From an uncultured Sphingomonadaceae bacterium (GTDB lineage: Bacteria; Pseudomonadota; Alphaproteobacteria; Sphingomonadales; Sphingomonadaceae), in contig CANMEE010000002.1 of assembly GCA_947496865.1 (NCBI GenBank), positions 1,073,825 to 1,137,824 of the forward strand: a stretch of 64,000 nucleotides of DNA. The letters run 5' to 3'. Shown one piece after another: positions 26,352 to 35,331 of the stretch; position 1 is the first letter of the stretch; each line of letters begins with the position of its first letter. Position numbers and translations under genes: made by a program. The notes under the pieces are model-generated. The model was not told where the DNA came from. It searched no databases and saw only the letters and a program-made list of their open reading frames with translations.

Positions 26352-27200
26352 ATGGAATCTATCAATCGCACCAGACCAGCGGACACCATTCAGAAACAGA
26401 CTTCACTGTCTGAGCTGATCGCACGGAAACAAGAATCCATCGCCACCGGTATCAGCTTTAATCGGCCGTCGGAGGCTCCCGCTAGCTGGTTGGAAATATC
26501 CAGTATCAGCAGGCAATCGACGATCGAAGACAGCTGGTCGAACAATATCGGTCGCGCCCGTATATTGGCCCAGCAGGCAGAATCGACCTTAGACACCATG
26601 TCAAATGGCGCGACGCGCATCAGAGAGTTGATGGTGCTGGCGAACAACGAAACATTGGCGCCGCAAGACCGTGAGATTATTGCGTTGGAGCTCCAGAGTT
26701 TTCAGGAACAATTTAATCAACTGACCCAGGTACAAGACAATTATGGTGGTCAGCTTTTCCATTCCGGCGATCCGATCCAGATGCGTATTGACGCCAATAT
26801 TCTTGTCACCCCTGCCCCCACATTGCGCGCCGTTGCTGAAGATGTCGACATTGGCGGTGGCGCGACCGAAAGCCTGGATATGATCCTCACTGATATGATT
26901 GACGCGGTGCTGACAGGTGCACCAGCAGAACGGGGGGAACAGCTGGATCGCGCCAAGTCGATGACAGATCATTTTTCCGTACTGCTTGGCGGCCAAGGTG
27001 TCCTTGTCAACAGACTGGATGAGCAGGACTTGAGGCTTCAAGATTCACAACTCAACACAACCGAACGCCGGTCTGCGCTGGAAAACACCGATGTTGCCGA
27101 AGCGATTTCCCAGTTCCAGTCGCTGCTGGTCAATTTGGAGGCAGCCCAGCGGCTTTATGCTCAAACCGCCAGAACTTCGTTGATCCAACTTATCGGCTAG
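26352..27200 (+). CDS. flgL: Hook-filament junction protein FlgL (HAP3)
   Basis: 282 aa. Flagellin-like N and C helices (ATRIRELMVLANNETLAPQDREIIALEL...; ENTDVAEAISQFQSLLVNLEAAQRLYAQT). Follows flgK. Confidence 0.85.
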   Translation: MESINRTRPADTIQKQTSLSELIARKQESIATGISFNRPSEAPASWLEISSISRQSTIEDSWSNNIGRARILAQQAESTLDTMSNGATRIRELMVLANNETLAPQDREIIALELQSFQEQFNQLTQVQDNYGGQLFHSGDPIQMRIDANILVTPAPTLRAVAEDVDIGGGATESLDMILTDMIDAVLTGAPAERGEQLDRAKSMTDHFSVLLGGQGVLVNRLDEQDLRLQDSQLNTTERRSALENTDVAEAISQFQSLLVNLEAAQRLYAQTARTSLIQLIG

Positions 27201-27327
27201 CCCGCCAAAATCATCGCTATCGCGCTCTTAACCATATGTGTTTTTGTCCGTTCACCAATATAAGAATTGTCCCGTGGCCAGTGCGCGACCGGGCAAGTTT
27301 AAACGGACCTGTGGATTGGAATAAATA

Positions 27328-28191
27328 ATGTTCGCTGGAATTGGTATTGTTGTCTTGCTCGTCATGGTTTTTGGCGTGTTCATGATTTCTGGCGGTGACA
27401 TGGGCGTCGTTGTAGCTGCTCTGCCAGTTGAAATGGGCATTATCGGCGGATCCGCTGTTGCCGGACTGATCATCGGTAATAGCAGCGCACAACTCAAAGC
27501 CTTGATGGGGGGCTTTGGAAAAGTCTTTAAAGGTCCAACCTACGTGAAACAGGATTATATGGACTGCATATTGCTGGTTTCAAAACTGACAAAAATCCTG
27601 AAAAGCGAAGGTCCAGTGGCTCTGGAACCTCATATTGAAGATCCGAAAGCATCTCCGATATTCAGCGAATATTCGAAGCTTTTAAAAGACGACACGCTGA
27701 TCCATCTCATCGCTGACAGTCTCAGACTTGTCGTTGTTTCTTCCGGCACACTCGATCCGCACGCGGTCGAAGATGTTATGGATCAAGCGATCAAGACCCA
27801 CCATCACGAAGCAATTGCGCCGGCTGACAATCTTCAGGGTTTGGCTGATGCCTTGCCCGCATTGGGTATTGTTGCCGCTGTTCTGGGCATTATCAAAGTC
27901 ATGGGCTCGATCGACCAGCCTCCGGTAGTCTTAGGGGGGATGATCGGCTCCGCACTCGTTGGGACTTTCCTGGGCGTTTTGCTGGCCTATGGTTTGGTTG
28001 GTCCGATGGCCAATCGCGCGCGTTCTGTTATCGAAAGCGATGCGAGCATTTATCATGTCGCCAAACAGTTGATCATTGCTAGCCTCCACGGCCATCCACA
28101 GCCGCTCATTATTGAGGCGGCTCGCACCAGCTTGCAGCATGCAAATCAGCCAAGTTTCTCCGATGTATTTGATGCCATAAGGGCGAAATAG
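27328..28191 (+). CDS. motA: Flagellar stator protein MotA (canonical copy)
   Basis: 287 aa. Four TM helices. Channel signature LPALGIVAAVLGIIKVMGS...GGMIGSALVGTFLGVLLAYGLVGPMANR. Confidence 0.92.
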   Translation: MFAGIGIVVLLVMVFGVFMISGGDMGVVVAALPVEMGIIGGSAVAGLIIGNSSAQLKALMGGFGKVFKGPTYVKQDYMDCILLVSKLTKILKSEGPVALEPHIEDPKASPIFSEYSKLLKDDTLIHLIADSLRLVVVSSGTLDPHAVEDVMDQAIKTHHHEAIAPADNLQGLADALPALGIVAAVLGIIKVMGSIDQPPVVLGGMIGSALVGTFLGVLLAYGLVGPMANRARSVIESDASIYHVAKQLIIASLHGHPQPLIIEAARTSLQHANQPSFSDVFDAIRAK

Positions 28192-28194
28192 ACT

Positions 28195-29052
28195 ATGGCC
28201 AAAAAAGCAGCTCCGGAGCCGGTTCGACCGATCATTGTCAAAAAAATCATTATGGAAGACCATGGCGGCCATCACGGCGGCGCGTGGAAAGTCGCCTATG
28301 CCGACTTTGTAACGGCCATGATGGCGTTCTTTTTGCTGATGTGGCTACTTGGGGCAACGGATGAGAAGCAACGCAAGGGTATCGCGGATTATTTCGCGCC
28401 GACGCTCGCGCAGGTAAAACGCGATAGCGCGGGGGGCAAAGGGATGTTTGGCGGCTCTTCCGTCACCGACCCTGATAAATATCCCTACCCGGCCAAAAAT
28501 ACAGCGGCTACGGCCATAGCTGTGCCGAGTAATACAGCAGGCACTGACCAAGGTAAGGATGATGGCAAAAAAGCCAAACCCAAGTCCATCACCGCTAAAG
28601 AATTTGAAAAGCGCATTCGCGAACAACTCAAAAATGATCCGGGCAACCTCAAGCTCCTGTCAAACGTCCGCTTCACGGATACAGCAGAGGGCCTGCGCAT
28701 CGATATTATCGATGAAGCGGATTTCAGCATGTTTGCTTTGGCCACAGACGATCTGAAATCGAAGGCGGCAGAGCTGATTGGACAGGTCGCACGGATTATC
28801 AATACCGTCGATAATGAACTCATTATCAGAGGTCATACAGACAGCCTGCCTTATGCGAGCGGGCAAAGTATGAATAATTGGCTCCTGTCCTCTGCCAGAG
28901 CAGAAGCAACCCGACAGGAACTGGTCCGGCGAGGCGTCGCAACGGGCCGCACAGCCCGGATTGAGGGCGTCGCAGACACGGAACCCTATAATCCAGCAGA
29001 ACCCATGGATGATAGAAACCGGCGCATATCAATAACAATGAAAACTATTTAG
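28195..29052 (+). CDS. motB: Flagellar stator protein MotB (canonical copy)
   Basis: 285 aa. TM helix with conserved Asp (WKVAYADFVTAMMAFFLLMWLL). OmpA-like PG-binding domain (IIRGHTDSLPY...NNWLLSSARAEATRQELVRRG). Confidence 0.95.
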   Translation: MAKKAAPEPVRPIIVKKIIMEDHGGHHGGAWKVAYADFVTAMMAFFLLMWLLGATDEKQRKGIADYFAPTLAQVKRDSAGGKGMFGGSSVTDPDKYPYPAKNTAATAIAVPSNTAGTDQGKDDGKKAKPKSITAKEFEKRIREQLKNDPGNLKLLSNVRFTDTAEGLRIDIIDEADFSMFALATDDLKSKAAELIGQVARIINTVDNELIIRGHTDSLPYASGQSMNNWLLSSARAEATRQELVRRGVATGRTARIEGVADTEPYNPAEPMDDRNRRISITMKTI

Positions 29053-29262
29053 AGGCCTTTTCGTTTTTTGGGATGCCGCATTACAACCATTTTGGAAGTA
29101 AAACGGACCAATCTATTCATATTGGGCTGAAAATGAATTGCTATTCAAGTCCGCTATTCGGATACACGTGTTAGAAAGTGTAAACCCTTTCTACCAAGGC
29201 CATCCCAGCCCCCGCAGGTTGCGGCTTTGGTAAGCGTAGCGCACCTGGTCTGCGTTATCACT

Positions 29263-29298
29263 AATTGGGTAGAGTGGTTTGTACCACTCTACCCAATT
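29263..29298. repeat. Perfect 15-bp inverted repeat (palindromic element) in the motB/GGDEF convergent spacer
   Basis: AATTGGGTAGAGTGG, TTTGTA, CCACTCTACCCAATT. No flanking U tract on either strand. Confidence 0.6.
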
Positions 29299-29410
29299 TC
29301 CCTTGGGCCCCTGCAGAAAACTCTATGCCCGTTCCCAGTGCGAACAGATCCACCAAACCGTCTGACATCAGGCCTATGGCCCGCAATTTGACCTATCGGA
29401 GAGATGTCAC

Positions 29411-29450
29411 CACAAAAAAACAGGAGAATAAGCCTATGCCTATTCTCCTG
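29411..29450 (-). terminator. Intrinsic terminator of the sthA-GGDEF unit
   Basis: The minus strand reads CAGGAGAATA, a 10-nt loop, TATTCTCCTG (perfect 10-bp stem), then TTTTTTTGTG. About 125 nt past the GGDEF stop codon. Confidence 0.8.
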
Positions 29451-29573
29451 TCTGATAATCGAAATGCCGCTATGCAGCTGTAACAAACTGATTTCAAATA
29501 TATGGTCTCATGTAACGTCCATATTAGCGACCATTTCTAACAGGCAAGATGCGCTGCTGAAAATGGCCTTGGG

Positions 29574-30659
29574 CTATGGGCCGTTGGAATAGGTCATAAC
29601 GTTGTTACGCCCCTGAGATTTGGCTTCGTACAGCGCCAAATCTGCCTTCCTGAGGAGAGAGCGTTTTGTATCTGTCTCAAGGCCCTGGGCAACTCCAGCG
29701 GAAAAGGTGACCTTGCCCACCGCGCTACCGGACTCCAGATCGACAAGTTCGCGACGTGCCAAAACCTCACGGCATTCATCAATTCTGCGGCATACTTCGT
29801 CAACATCGACATCTTCAAAAATAACGGCAAATTCTTCTCCACCATAGCGCGATGTATGACATTTGCTGTTCGACAGCGATGATAGCTCATCGGCGACAAG
29901 TCTCAGAACCCGGTCGCCACATTCATGACCAAATGTGTCATTGACCTTCTTAAAGTGATCAATGTCGATGAAAGACAAGACCAACGGCTGATCATCCTTA
30001 TGCATCTTCTCTAAGCTCGTATCCAAAGTACGCTCAAACTTTCGCCGGTTCGGGAGTTTGGTTAGCTGATCGAAATCAGCTTCATTTCTTGCTTGCTCCA
30101 GTTCGCCTTGCAAACTGGCCAGTTTCTCATTGGTTTCAGCGATTTGCTCTCTGTTTTCACGTGTAGATTCAACCATGAGTTGCGAAAGATCGAGCAGTTT
30201 CTGGATAGCAGCATCGATGTTTCCGGACCCCGTGCGGATGTTGTCAGCATGCTCGATCAAATTTGTTTCACATTCGATGGTGTTCTTATTCCCATCATCA
30301 ATGATCTGCGTGGTATTGCGAATATGTTCTATCGCCTGCATCAATATCTTATCAATATGGATGCCAATATCTGATCGCAAATATTTCTCATGCAACTGTT
30401 GGGCCGCTGCGTTGTCGAGACGTCCGGCAGAAGACAATCCCATGATTTCGTTTTTGAGAACGCTCTTCCCACCGCAAATATATTCCCAAGCCAATTCCAG
30501 GTTACCGGAAGACAAGCTGAGATTATGTTGGTGAATGAAACTAGCAATAGCATAGAGCGGAGACTTCTCGCCGTCATCTTCTATGCAAACAGGGCATGTT
30601 TCATCGCCGTTATTTTCGCGGAAATAGCTTTCGAGTATATTTTTGATATCTAATTTCAC
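29574..30659 (-). CDS. Diguanylate cyclase (GGDEF domain) with an uncharacterised coiled-coil N-terminal region
   Basis: 361 aa. C-terminal GGDEF domain (DIDHFKKVNDTFGHECGDRVL...SRYGGEEFAVIF). No RxxD I-site five residues upstream of GGEEF. No TM helix. Confidence 0.9.
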   Translation of the reverse strand: MKLDIKNILESYFRENNGDETCPVCIEDDGEKSPLYAIASFIHQHNLSLSSGNLELAWEYICGGKSVLKNEIMGLSSAGRLDNAAAQQLHEKYLRSDIGIHIDKILMQAIEHIRNTTQIIDDGNKNTIECETNLIEHADNIRTGSGNIDAAIQKLLDLSQLMVESTRENREQIAETNEKLASLQGELEQARNEADFDQLTKLPNRRKFERTLDTSLEKMHKDDQPLVLSFIDIDHFKKVNDTFGHECGDRVLRLVADELSSLSNSKCHTSRYGGEEFAVIFEDVDVDEVCRRIDECREVLARRELVDLESGSAVGKVTFSAGVAQGLETDTKRSLLRKADLALYEAKSQGRNNVMTYSNGP

Positions 30660-30660
30660 G

Positions 30661-32082
30661 TCATGCTCTCAATCTGGGTTGCGGCATCCGATTGTACGCA
30701 TCTAACGCAGCAACCTTGTAAGCCTCGGCTAATGTTGGAAAGTTAAAAACTGTATCGGACAAATAATCGATGCCACCATCGAGATTGAGGACCGCTTGAC
30801 CGATATGGATAAGCTCCGTCGCGCCCTCGCCGACAATATGCACGCCTAGTAATTTTCGATTATTCAGATCAAAAATACATTTCAGCATACCTTTGCAATT
30901 ACCCAATATATGACCACGGGATGTTTCCTGAAATCTCGCCACACCAATCTCGACTTGCATGCCCTTACCGCGCGCTTCTTCTTCGGACAGCCCGATGCTG
31001 GCAATTTCGGGGATGGAATATATGCCCAGCGGGAAGCTGTGCTCAGAACAATGAATCGGATGATTAAAAGCATGGCAAGCTGCCAACCTGCCTTGCTCCA
31101 TTGAAGTCGACGCCAGCGCTGGAAAGCCGATAATATCTCCAGCCGCATAAATATGAGGCTGTGATGTCTGCAGCGTTTTCGGATCTACCGACAATCTTCC
31201 CCTCTTATCCGGCTCAATGCCAATTTTATCGAGGCCAAGCTTGTCGACGGCGCCAACACGGCCTGCAGTAAACAGCAGCATCTCGGCCCGGAGTTGACGA
31301 CCATCATCCAGTTCAACATGTGGGTTATCGTTTTGATCTAGTTTAATCGTTTTAATCGCTCTGCCCAAACGAAGACTAATCCCGCGTTCAGACAGTTGAT
31401 GCGTGAAATTTGCAATTATATCGCGGTCAATAAATTCCAATATGTTTTCACGCGCCTCTACTACCGTTACGGGAATTTCAAGTGTGGAGAATATCGTCGC
31501 ATATTCCAGACCGATAACACCACCGCCGACCACTATGATCGATTTCGGCATCGGCATGTTGGCCGCAATGCAATCACTGTCGACCACGGTCGTGCCATTA
31601 AACGGAATATGATTTGGCCGGTAAGGCTTCGTACCGACAGCAATCAGAAATTTTTCTGCCGTAACAGTATAGCTTGTTTTCTTCCCTTGAACGGATTGGG
31701 AAACCGCTAGTTTATTGGGTCCGGCAAACTTCGCCCTACCTTTCAGCGTGGCGATGTTGTTCCGGCTTAATTGGCTGTCGATCACTTCGACTTCGTCACC
31801 CAAAGTGGTTGAAAGACGGGAAGCAATGGAATTTTGTGTGACGTCTGTACCGTCTCGCTGACGCCCTGCTTTGAAATGTTGGTCGCGCCATCCGGTCACT
31901 GACAGAACTGATTCCCTGATCGTCTTTGATGGCAAGGTTCCGGTATGAACCGAAACGCCGCCTATTTTCTTTTGATCGTCAACAATGGCAACTGATTTGC
32001 CAAGTTTGGATGCTTGAATTGCAGCTCTGCGTCCTGCGGGACCACCTCCAATTATCACGAAATCATAGTCAAAATCAGTCAT
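30661..32082 (-). CDS. sthA: Soluble pyridine nucleotide transhydrogenase (SthA/UdhA-type flavoprotein disulfide reductase family)
   Basis: 473 aa. FAD motif VIIGGGPAGRRAA, a second Rossmann motif IIVVGGGVIGLEYA, and the motif GGVSVHTGTLPSKT (no redox-active Cys pair), as in SthA. Confidence 0.8.
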   Translation of the reverse strand: MTDFDYDFVIIGGGPAGRRAAIQASKLGKSVAIVDDQKKIGGVSVHTGTLPSKTIRESVLSVTGWRDQHFKAGRQRDGTDVTQNSIASRLSTTLGDEVEVIDSQLSRNNIATLKGRAKFAGPNKLAVSQSVQGKKTSYTVTAEKFLIAVGTKPYRPNHIPFNGTTVVDSDCIAANMPMPKSIIVVGGGVIGLEYATIFSTLEIPVTVVEARENILEFIDRDIIANFTHQLSERGISLRLGRAIKTIKLDQNDNPHVELDDGRQLRAEMLLFTAGRVGAVDKLGLDKIGIEPDKRGRLSVDPKTLQTSQPHIYAAGDIIGFPALASTSMEQGRLAACHAFNHPIHCSEHSFPLGIYSIPEIASIGLSEEEARGKGMQVEIGVARFQETSRGHILGNCKGMLKCIFDLNNRKLLGVHIVGEGATELIHIGQAVLNLDGGIDYLSDTVFNFPTLAEAYKVAALDAYNRMPQPRLRA

Positions 32083-32321
32083 TTATTTCCCTTTCGTGTT
32101 TTGGTTAACGGCGACAGAGAAAAACATTAACCTCCAGGATCAATATAAACGTGATTTTGGGAGAAATGGCAGCTGCTGATGGAAAACCATCGTTGAGCGG
32201 CTGCCCTAATATTCGTACACCAATTTGCGACATATCTTAACAACTTGTCACTTCATGCCAAATACACGCAATTTTTGTTGAAACTGCAACCAGTTGCAAT
32301 TAGTGGACTGGACGCTATTAG

Positions 32322-32576
32322 ATGTCACACCCTGTTTCGTCTTTTGAATCTAGTAATAGAAATTTGAACTATGACAGTTTCACTACCCCAGGAAAGGCGC
32401 TGTCGATCAGTATGAGTAATAGCAAAATCGACATACTTAATTTGGTAGAAAGACTGGAAGGAATTCTGGCGCGATTAGATGAAAATGGCCATGCAATAGC
32501 AGCGATCAAAGTCGAAGAAGCCATTAATGCGATACAACAAGCAGAAGGTCTTTCCGAGCAAACCGACAACGGTTAA
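32322..32576 (+). CDS. Small hypothetical protein, paralog of the ORF at 36186-36344 (true start may be ATG 32412)
   Basis: 84 aa, or 54 aa from MSNSKIDILNLVERLEGILARLDENGHAIAAIKVEEAINAIQQ. Shares the LE-ILA-D...AIK--EAI----Q pattern with the 52-aa ORF at 36186. Confidence 0.45.
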   Translation: MSHPVSSFESSNRNLNYDSFTTPGKALSISMSNSKIDILNLVERLEGILARLDENGHAIAAIKVEEAINAIQQAEGLSEQTDNG

Positions 32577-32585
32577 TAGTTTCGA

Positions 32586-32897
32586 TTATTGAATTTCATA
32601 GATCACAAAAACACAATCTTTAAACAGTTTCTGCGCCGCAACATCGCAATCTTGAAAGCTGATGTCTGCTAAACTTTCGTCGCCAGGATTATGCGGTTCC
32701 GAAAAACTCTCTGGTCGAACCTCAAAACGCTTATGAATTTTAACGGTGACGGACGCTGTCGCAGCGACATTGCTTTTTTGATTTGATTTGTCTGCGGCTC
32801 TTACCGGGAGCGTCATTGCGCTGGCCAATATGGATATGGCCGTAAATTTTGCGCCCGCTTTGAGAAACAACGTCGCCAGTTGGCAAACTTGGGTCAT
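32586..32897 (-). CDS. Small secreted hypothetical protein
   Basis: 103 aa. Signal-peptide-like N-terminus (KFTAISILASAMTLPVRAAD). No recognisable domain. Confidence 0.45.
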   Translation of the reverse strand: MTQVCQLATLFLKAGAKFTAISILASAMTLPVRAADKSNQKSNVAATASVTVKIHKRFEVRPESFSEPHNPGDESLADISFQDCDVAAQKLFKDCVFVIYEIQ

Positions 32898-33016
32898 GTC
32901 GCCTGCCCCTTCTGATACCGAAATGGTTCAGAGGTAGTAACGGTCACGACAAGATAATTTTAAGCCGGTCTTAAGAAAAATCCGATCAGATCATTTTTGT
33001 AGAGATGTCTGACAAA

Positions 33017-33361
33017 CTACAAATCCATTGCCGCATCCAAATAGGCAACGCATTGCGCACGCGCATGGTCTGTCATGCAAATACAATCGGCATCATGCTT
33101 GCCACAACGGGTAATAAAGTCATGGTTTGAAAAAACAGTAATCCAACGAGATGCAATCGTATCTGTCGTGGACAGTTTTCCAAGTAGGTCTGATTTCGAA
33201 ACGCATTGATGCTGCTCGGTCGCTATATAGATTTCCAGCAACAACTCCCATGCAGGGTCGCCAAATAGACCGTCGTTTGAGAAGAATAGGCTTCTTTTGC
33301 GTTGCATGGCCAGAAATTGTTGAGCCCGCTCTACAGAGCTATCTAATATTTTATCCGTCAT
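33017..33361 (-). CDS. Hypothetical protein, probable winged-helix DNA-binding protein
   Basis: 114 aa. ATGA overlap with the stop of the radC-like gene. GDPAWELLLEIYIA...SKSDL...IASRWITV resembles a wHTH family I recall from alphaproteobacteria (unverified). Confidence 0.5.
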   Translation of the reverse strand: MTDKILDSSVERAQQFLAMQRKRSLFFSNDGLFGDPAWELLLEIYIATEQHQCVSKSDLLGKLSTTDTIASRWITVFSNHDFITRCGKHDADCICMTDHARAQCVAYLDAAMDL

Positions 33362-34134
33362 AACAATTTCATTTTACGAAAGCTCGACCAGTTGTTACCG
33401 GCGATAATGATATGGTCATGCAATTTTATCTCCAGTTCTCGGCACAGCGTCCTGATCGACATCGTGAACTTTATATCTGATTGACTGGGTTTCACATCGC
33501 CGGCAGGGTGATTATGTATTAATATGACCGCGCTGGCATTCAGTTCCAAAGCGCGTTTCAATATGGACCGGGGTTGCACAATTATTTTTCCCGGAGTCCC
33601 ATTGCCAAATTCCTGATCACTTAACAGCCTATTGCCGTTATCCAAAAACAGCACCCGCATGGTTTCGACGGCCAAAGAGCCCATGCTGCCCTGCAAATAC
33701 CTGATCAATCTTTCATCAGTCGCTGACACCAGCTTTTTAGGCAGTTCGCTTCGCAACTGCGCCATAAGCAGTTTTTCAGTAGCCATAAGCAAGTTAATCA
33801 CAGCATCCTGCGACCCTAATATACGCCGTAATGCTTCCTCTGACTCTGACAGTATCCGGCCAATTGATCCAAATTCGTCCAACAGCGCAGCTGATAGCGT
33901 GATGGCCTTGTCAGGGGCCACCGACGCTATCAATTGCGCCAAGACGGATCGATCCCGTTCACTTTCAACCTGCGCTGATGACAATAGGTTCCGATCGCCA
34001 GAGTTATCAATACCGGAAAAGAAGTCGCGTACTGCATTACGAAATAAGCTCTGGGAACGATAGTTACGTCCATGAACTTTGCCGTATGCGCCACCAGCGC
34101 GATGGTTTGAAGCGAGACTAAGCATAACGGCCAA
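33358..34134 (-). CDS. RadC-like JAB/MPN-domain protein (start uncertain)
   Basis: C-terminal JAB motif SAVILIHNHPAGDVKPSQSDIKFT and an upstream HhH-like ALLDEFGSIGRILSESEEAL. The first about 68 codons of the tracked ORF overlap the 3' end of the membrane gene at 33930-34367. Alternative TTG starts exist at 33942 and at 33933, the latter forming TTGA with that gene's stop. Confidence 0.7.
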   Translation of the reverse strand: MAVMLSLASNHRAGGAYGKVHGRNYRSQSLFRNAVRDFFSGIDNSGDRNLLSSAQVESERDRSVLAQLIASVAPDKAITLSAALLDEFGSIGRILSESEEALRRILGSQDAVINLLMATEKLLMAQLRSELPKKLVSATDERLIRYLQGSMGSLAVETMRVLFLDNGNRLLSDQEFGNGTPGKIIVQPRSILKRALELNASAVILIHNHPAGDVKPSQSDIKFTMSIRTLCRELEIKLHDHIIIAGNNWSSFRKMKLL

Positions 34135-34367
34135 AACCTTTTTGCTCGCATAGCGACCGCAAAAAATGCAATCCAGATAAGAAAGTCGATGACCAGATGT
34201 CCTGGATCCATTTCCTCATATTCTGCCGGCGTAAAATAATGGACCGAGCGGTCCAATATCCACGAACCAAAATACGAAACAGCAACTGTACGCTCTGGCG
34301 CCCCTCCACGCCACAGTGCGTAAAGGGTACATGAAACCAATAGGGCATAGTAAACCGCAGCTCGCAT
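33930..34367 (-). CDS. Small polytopic membrane protein, tandem paralog 1
   Basis: 145 aa. About 60 percent identical by eye to the ORF at 34432-34872. Shared motifs are YAL-RGGAPER, MDPGH-IDFL-W, RFWPLC--SLQTIALVAH and PVLITLAIGTY. Confidence 0.65.
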   Translation of the reverse strand: MRAAVYYALLVSCTLYALWRGGAPERTVAVSYFGSWILDRSVHYFTPAEYEEMDPGHLVIDFLIWIAFFAVAMRAKRFWPLCLVSLQTIALVAHTAKFMDVTIVPRAYFVMQYATSFPVLITLAIGTYCHQRRLKVNGIDPSWRN

Positions 34368-34431
34368 CCCCCAACGACAACAGAATCACGGGAGATGGTC
34401 AACAATTTTACTGGTCTAGCAACAACTGGCC

Positions 34432-34872
34432 CTACGTTCCACGCCACGACGGATCGGAGCCGCTCGTTTTCAATCTGCGCCGGTGAAAATATGTCCCTAT
34501 CGCGAGTGTTATGAGCACAGGATAGGAAGAAGAGACCTGCATGATCAAATAAGCCTGCGGGTGTATCGACACATCCATTAGCTTCGCCAAATGCGCAACC
34601 AGCGCGATAGTTTGTAAGGAAGTTACGCATAACGGCCAAAACCTTCTTGCTCGTAATGATATTGCGAGCACACCTGTCCAAACCAGAAAATCGATAATGA
34701 AATGACCGGGATCCATTTCGGAATATTCCACCGGCGTAAAAAAGTGAACCATGGGATCCAACAGAACTCCGACCAAGAGGGTCGCAGCAATCGAACGCTC
34801 GGGCGCTCCTCCCCGGTACAAGGCATAGAATGTCGTTGCACAGAGGAGGAGGAGGAAAATCGTCGTTCGCAT
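34432..34872 (-). CDS. Small polytopic membrane protein, tandem paralog 2
   Basis: 146 aa. Same motifs and length as paralog 1, and alignable to the last residues (DPSWR). Confidence 0.65.
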   Translation of the reverse strand: MRTTIFLLLLCATTFYALYRGGAPERSIAATLLVGVLLDPMVHFFTPVEYSEMDPGHFIIDFLVWTGVLAISLRARRFWPLCVTSLQTIALVAHLAKLMDVSIHPQAYLIMQVSSSYPVLITLAIGTYFHRRRLKTSGSDPSWRGT

Positions 34873-34919
34873 TGCTTAGAAGGAACATGCTGGTGAACCA
34901 TAGTCAACACCTTGTTAAC

Positions 34920-35261
34920 TCAAGCAACGATCGTGAGATGCGCGTCTGGTTTTTCGGACGCTTTTGCCGCCGGCGGACAATCTTCATGCGTATCTCCCCA
35001 CGCATATTCCTTGCCAATTTTTTTCAGTTCGCCATGCACACGCAATACATCGCTACTTGCATCGACCAGCGCCATCTGCGCCTTGGCAAGGCGCAGGATT
35101 GCTGCTTGTCCGGTAGACGCGGGAACACCCGTGCTCAGTCGTGCGTTTACCAATGTCGACATCAGATTTGAAACAGAAACAAGCGCCTGATCAATGCTAT
35201 ATTCGGTATTCGGCATATCTTGGCCGATTTGATCTTTGGCTTTTTTGATTTCGTAAGACAT
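34920..35261 (-). CDS. Hypothetical helical protein
   Basis: 113 aa from ATG 35261 (MSYEIKKAKDQ; AAGGGA upstream). No recognisable motif. Lies between the LuxR-type gene and the membrane paralogs on the same strand. Confidence 0.45.
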   Translation of the reverse strand: MSYEIKKAKDQIGQDMPNTEYSIDQALVSVSNLMSTLVNARLSTGVPASTGQAAILRLAKAQMALVDASSDVLRVHGELKKIGKEYAWGDTHEDCPPAAKASEKPDAHLTIVA

Positions 35262-35331
35262 AAGATTCCCTTTCCGCGAAGCGCGAATTTCCAAAAATTA
35301 AATTTTTAGGTAGGTCTTGTCTTGGCTTTCG

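Larger units (their letters stand above)
33930..34872 (-). repeat. Diverged tandem duplication (two ~440-nt gene copies separated by 64 nt)
   Basis: The protein-level alignment of the two ORFs runs end to end. In the overlap region, conservation is clearly higher in the membrane-protein frame than in the alternative (radC-N-terminal) frame. Confidence 0.7.

Noticed and set aside
29221-29300. tRNA-like fragment (TAGCGCACCTGGTCTGCGT resembles a D-arm)
   Set aside because: No matching anticodon stem, T-arm (GGTTCGA-type) or acceptor stem can be drawn.
34118-34888. 256-aa minus-strand ORF spanning both membrane paralogs
   Set aside because: It is an alternative-frame read-through of the tandem duplication. 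Between the two copies, conservation is much better in the 145/146-aa membrane frames. No motif was recognised.
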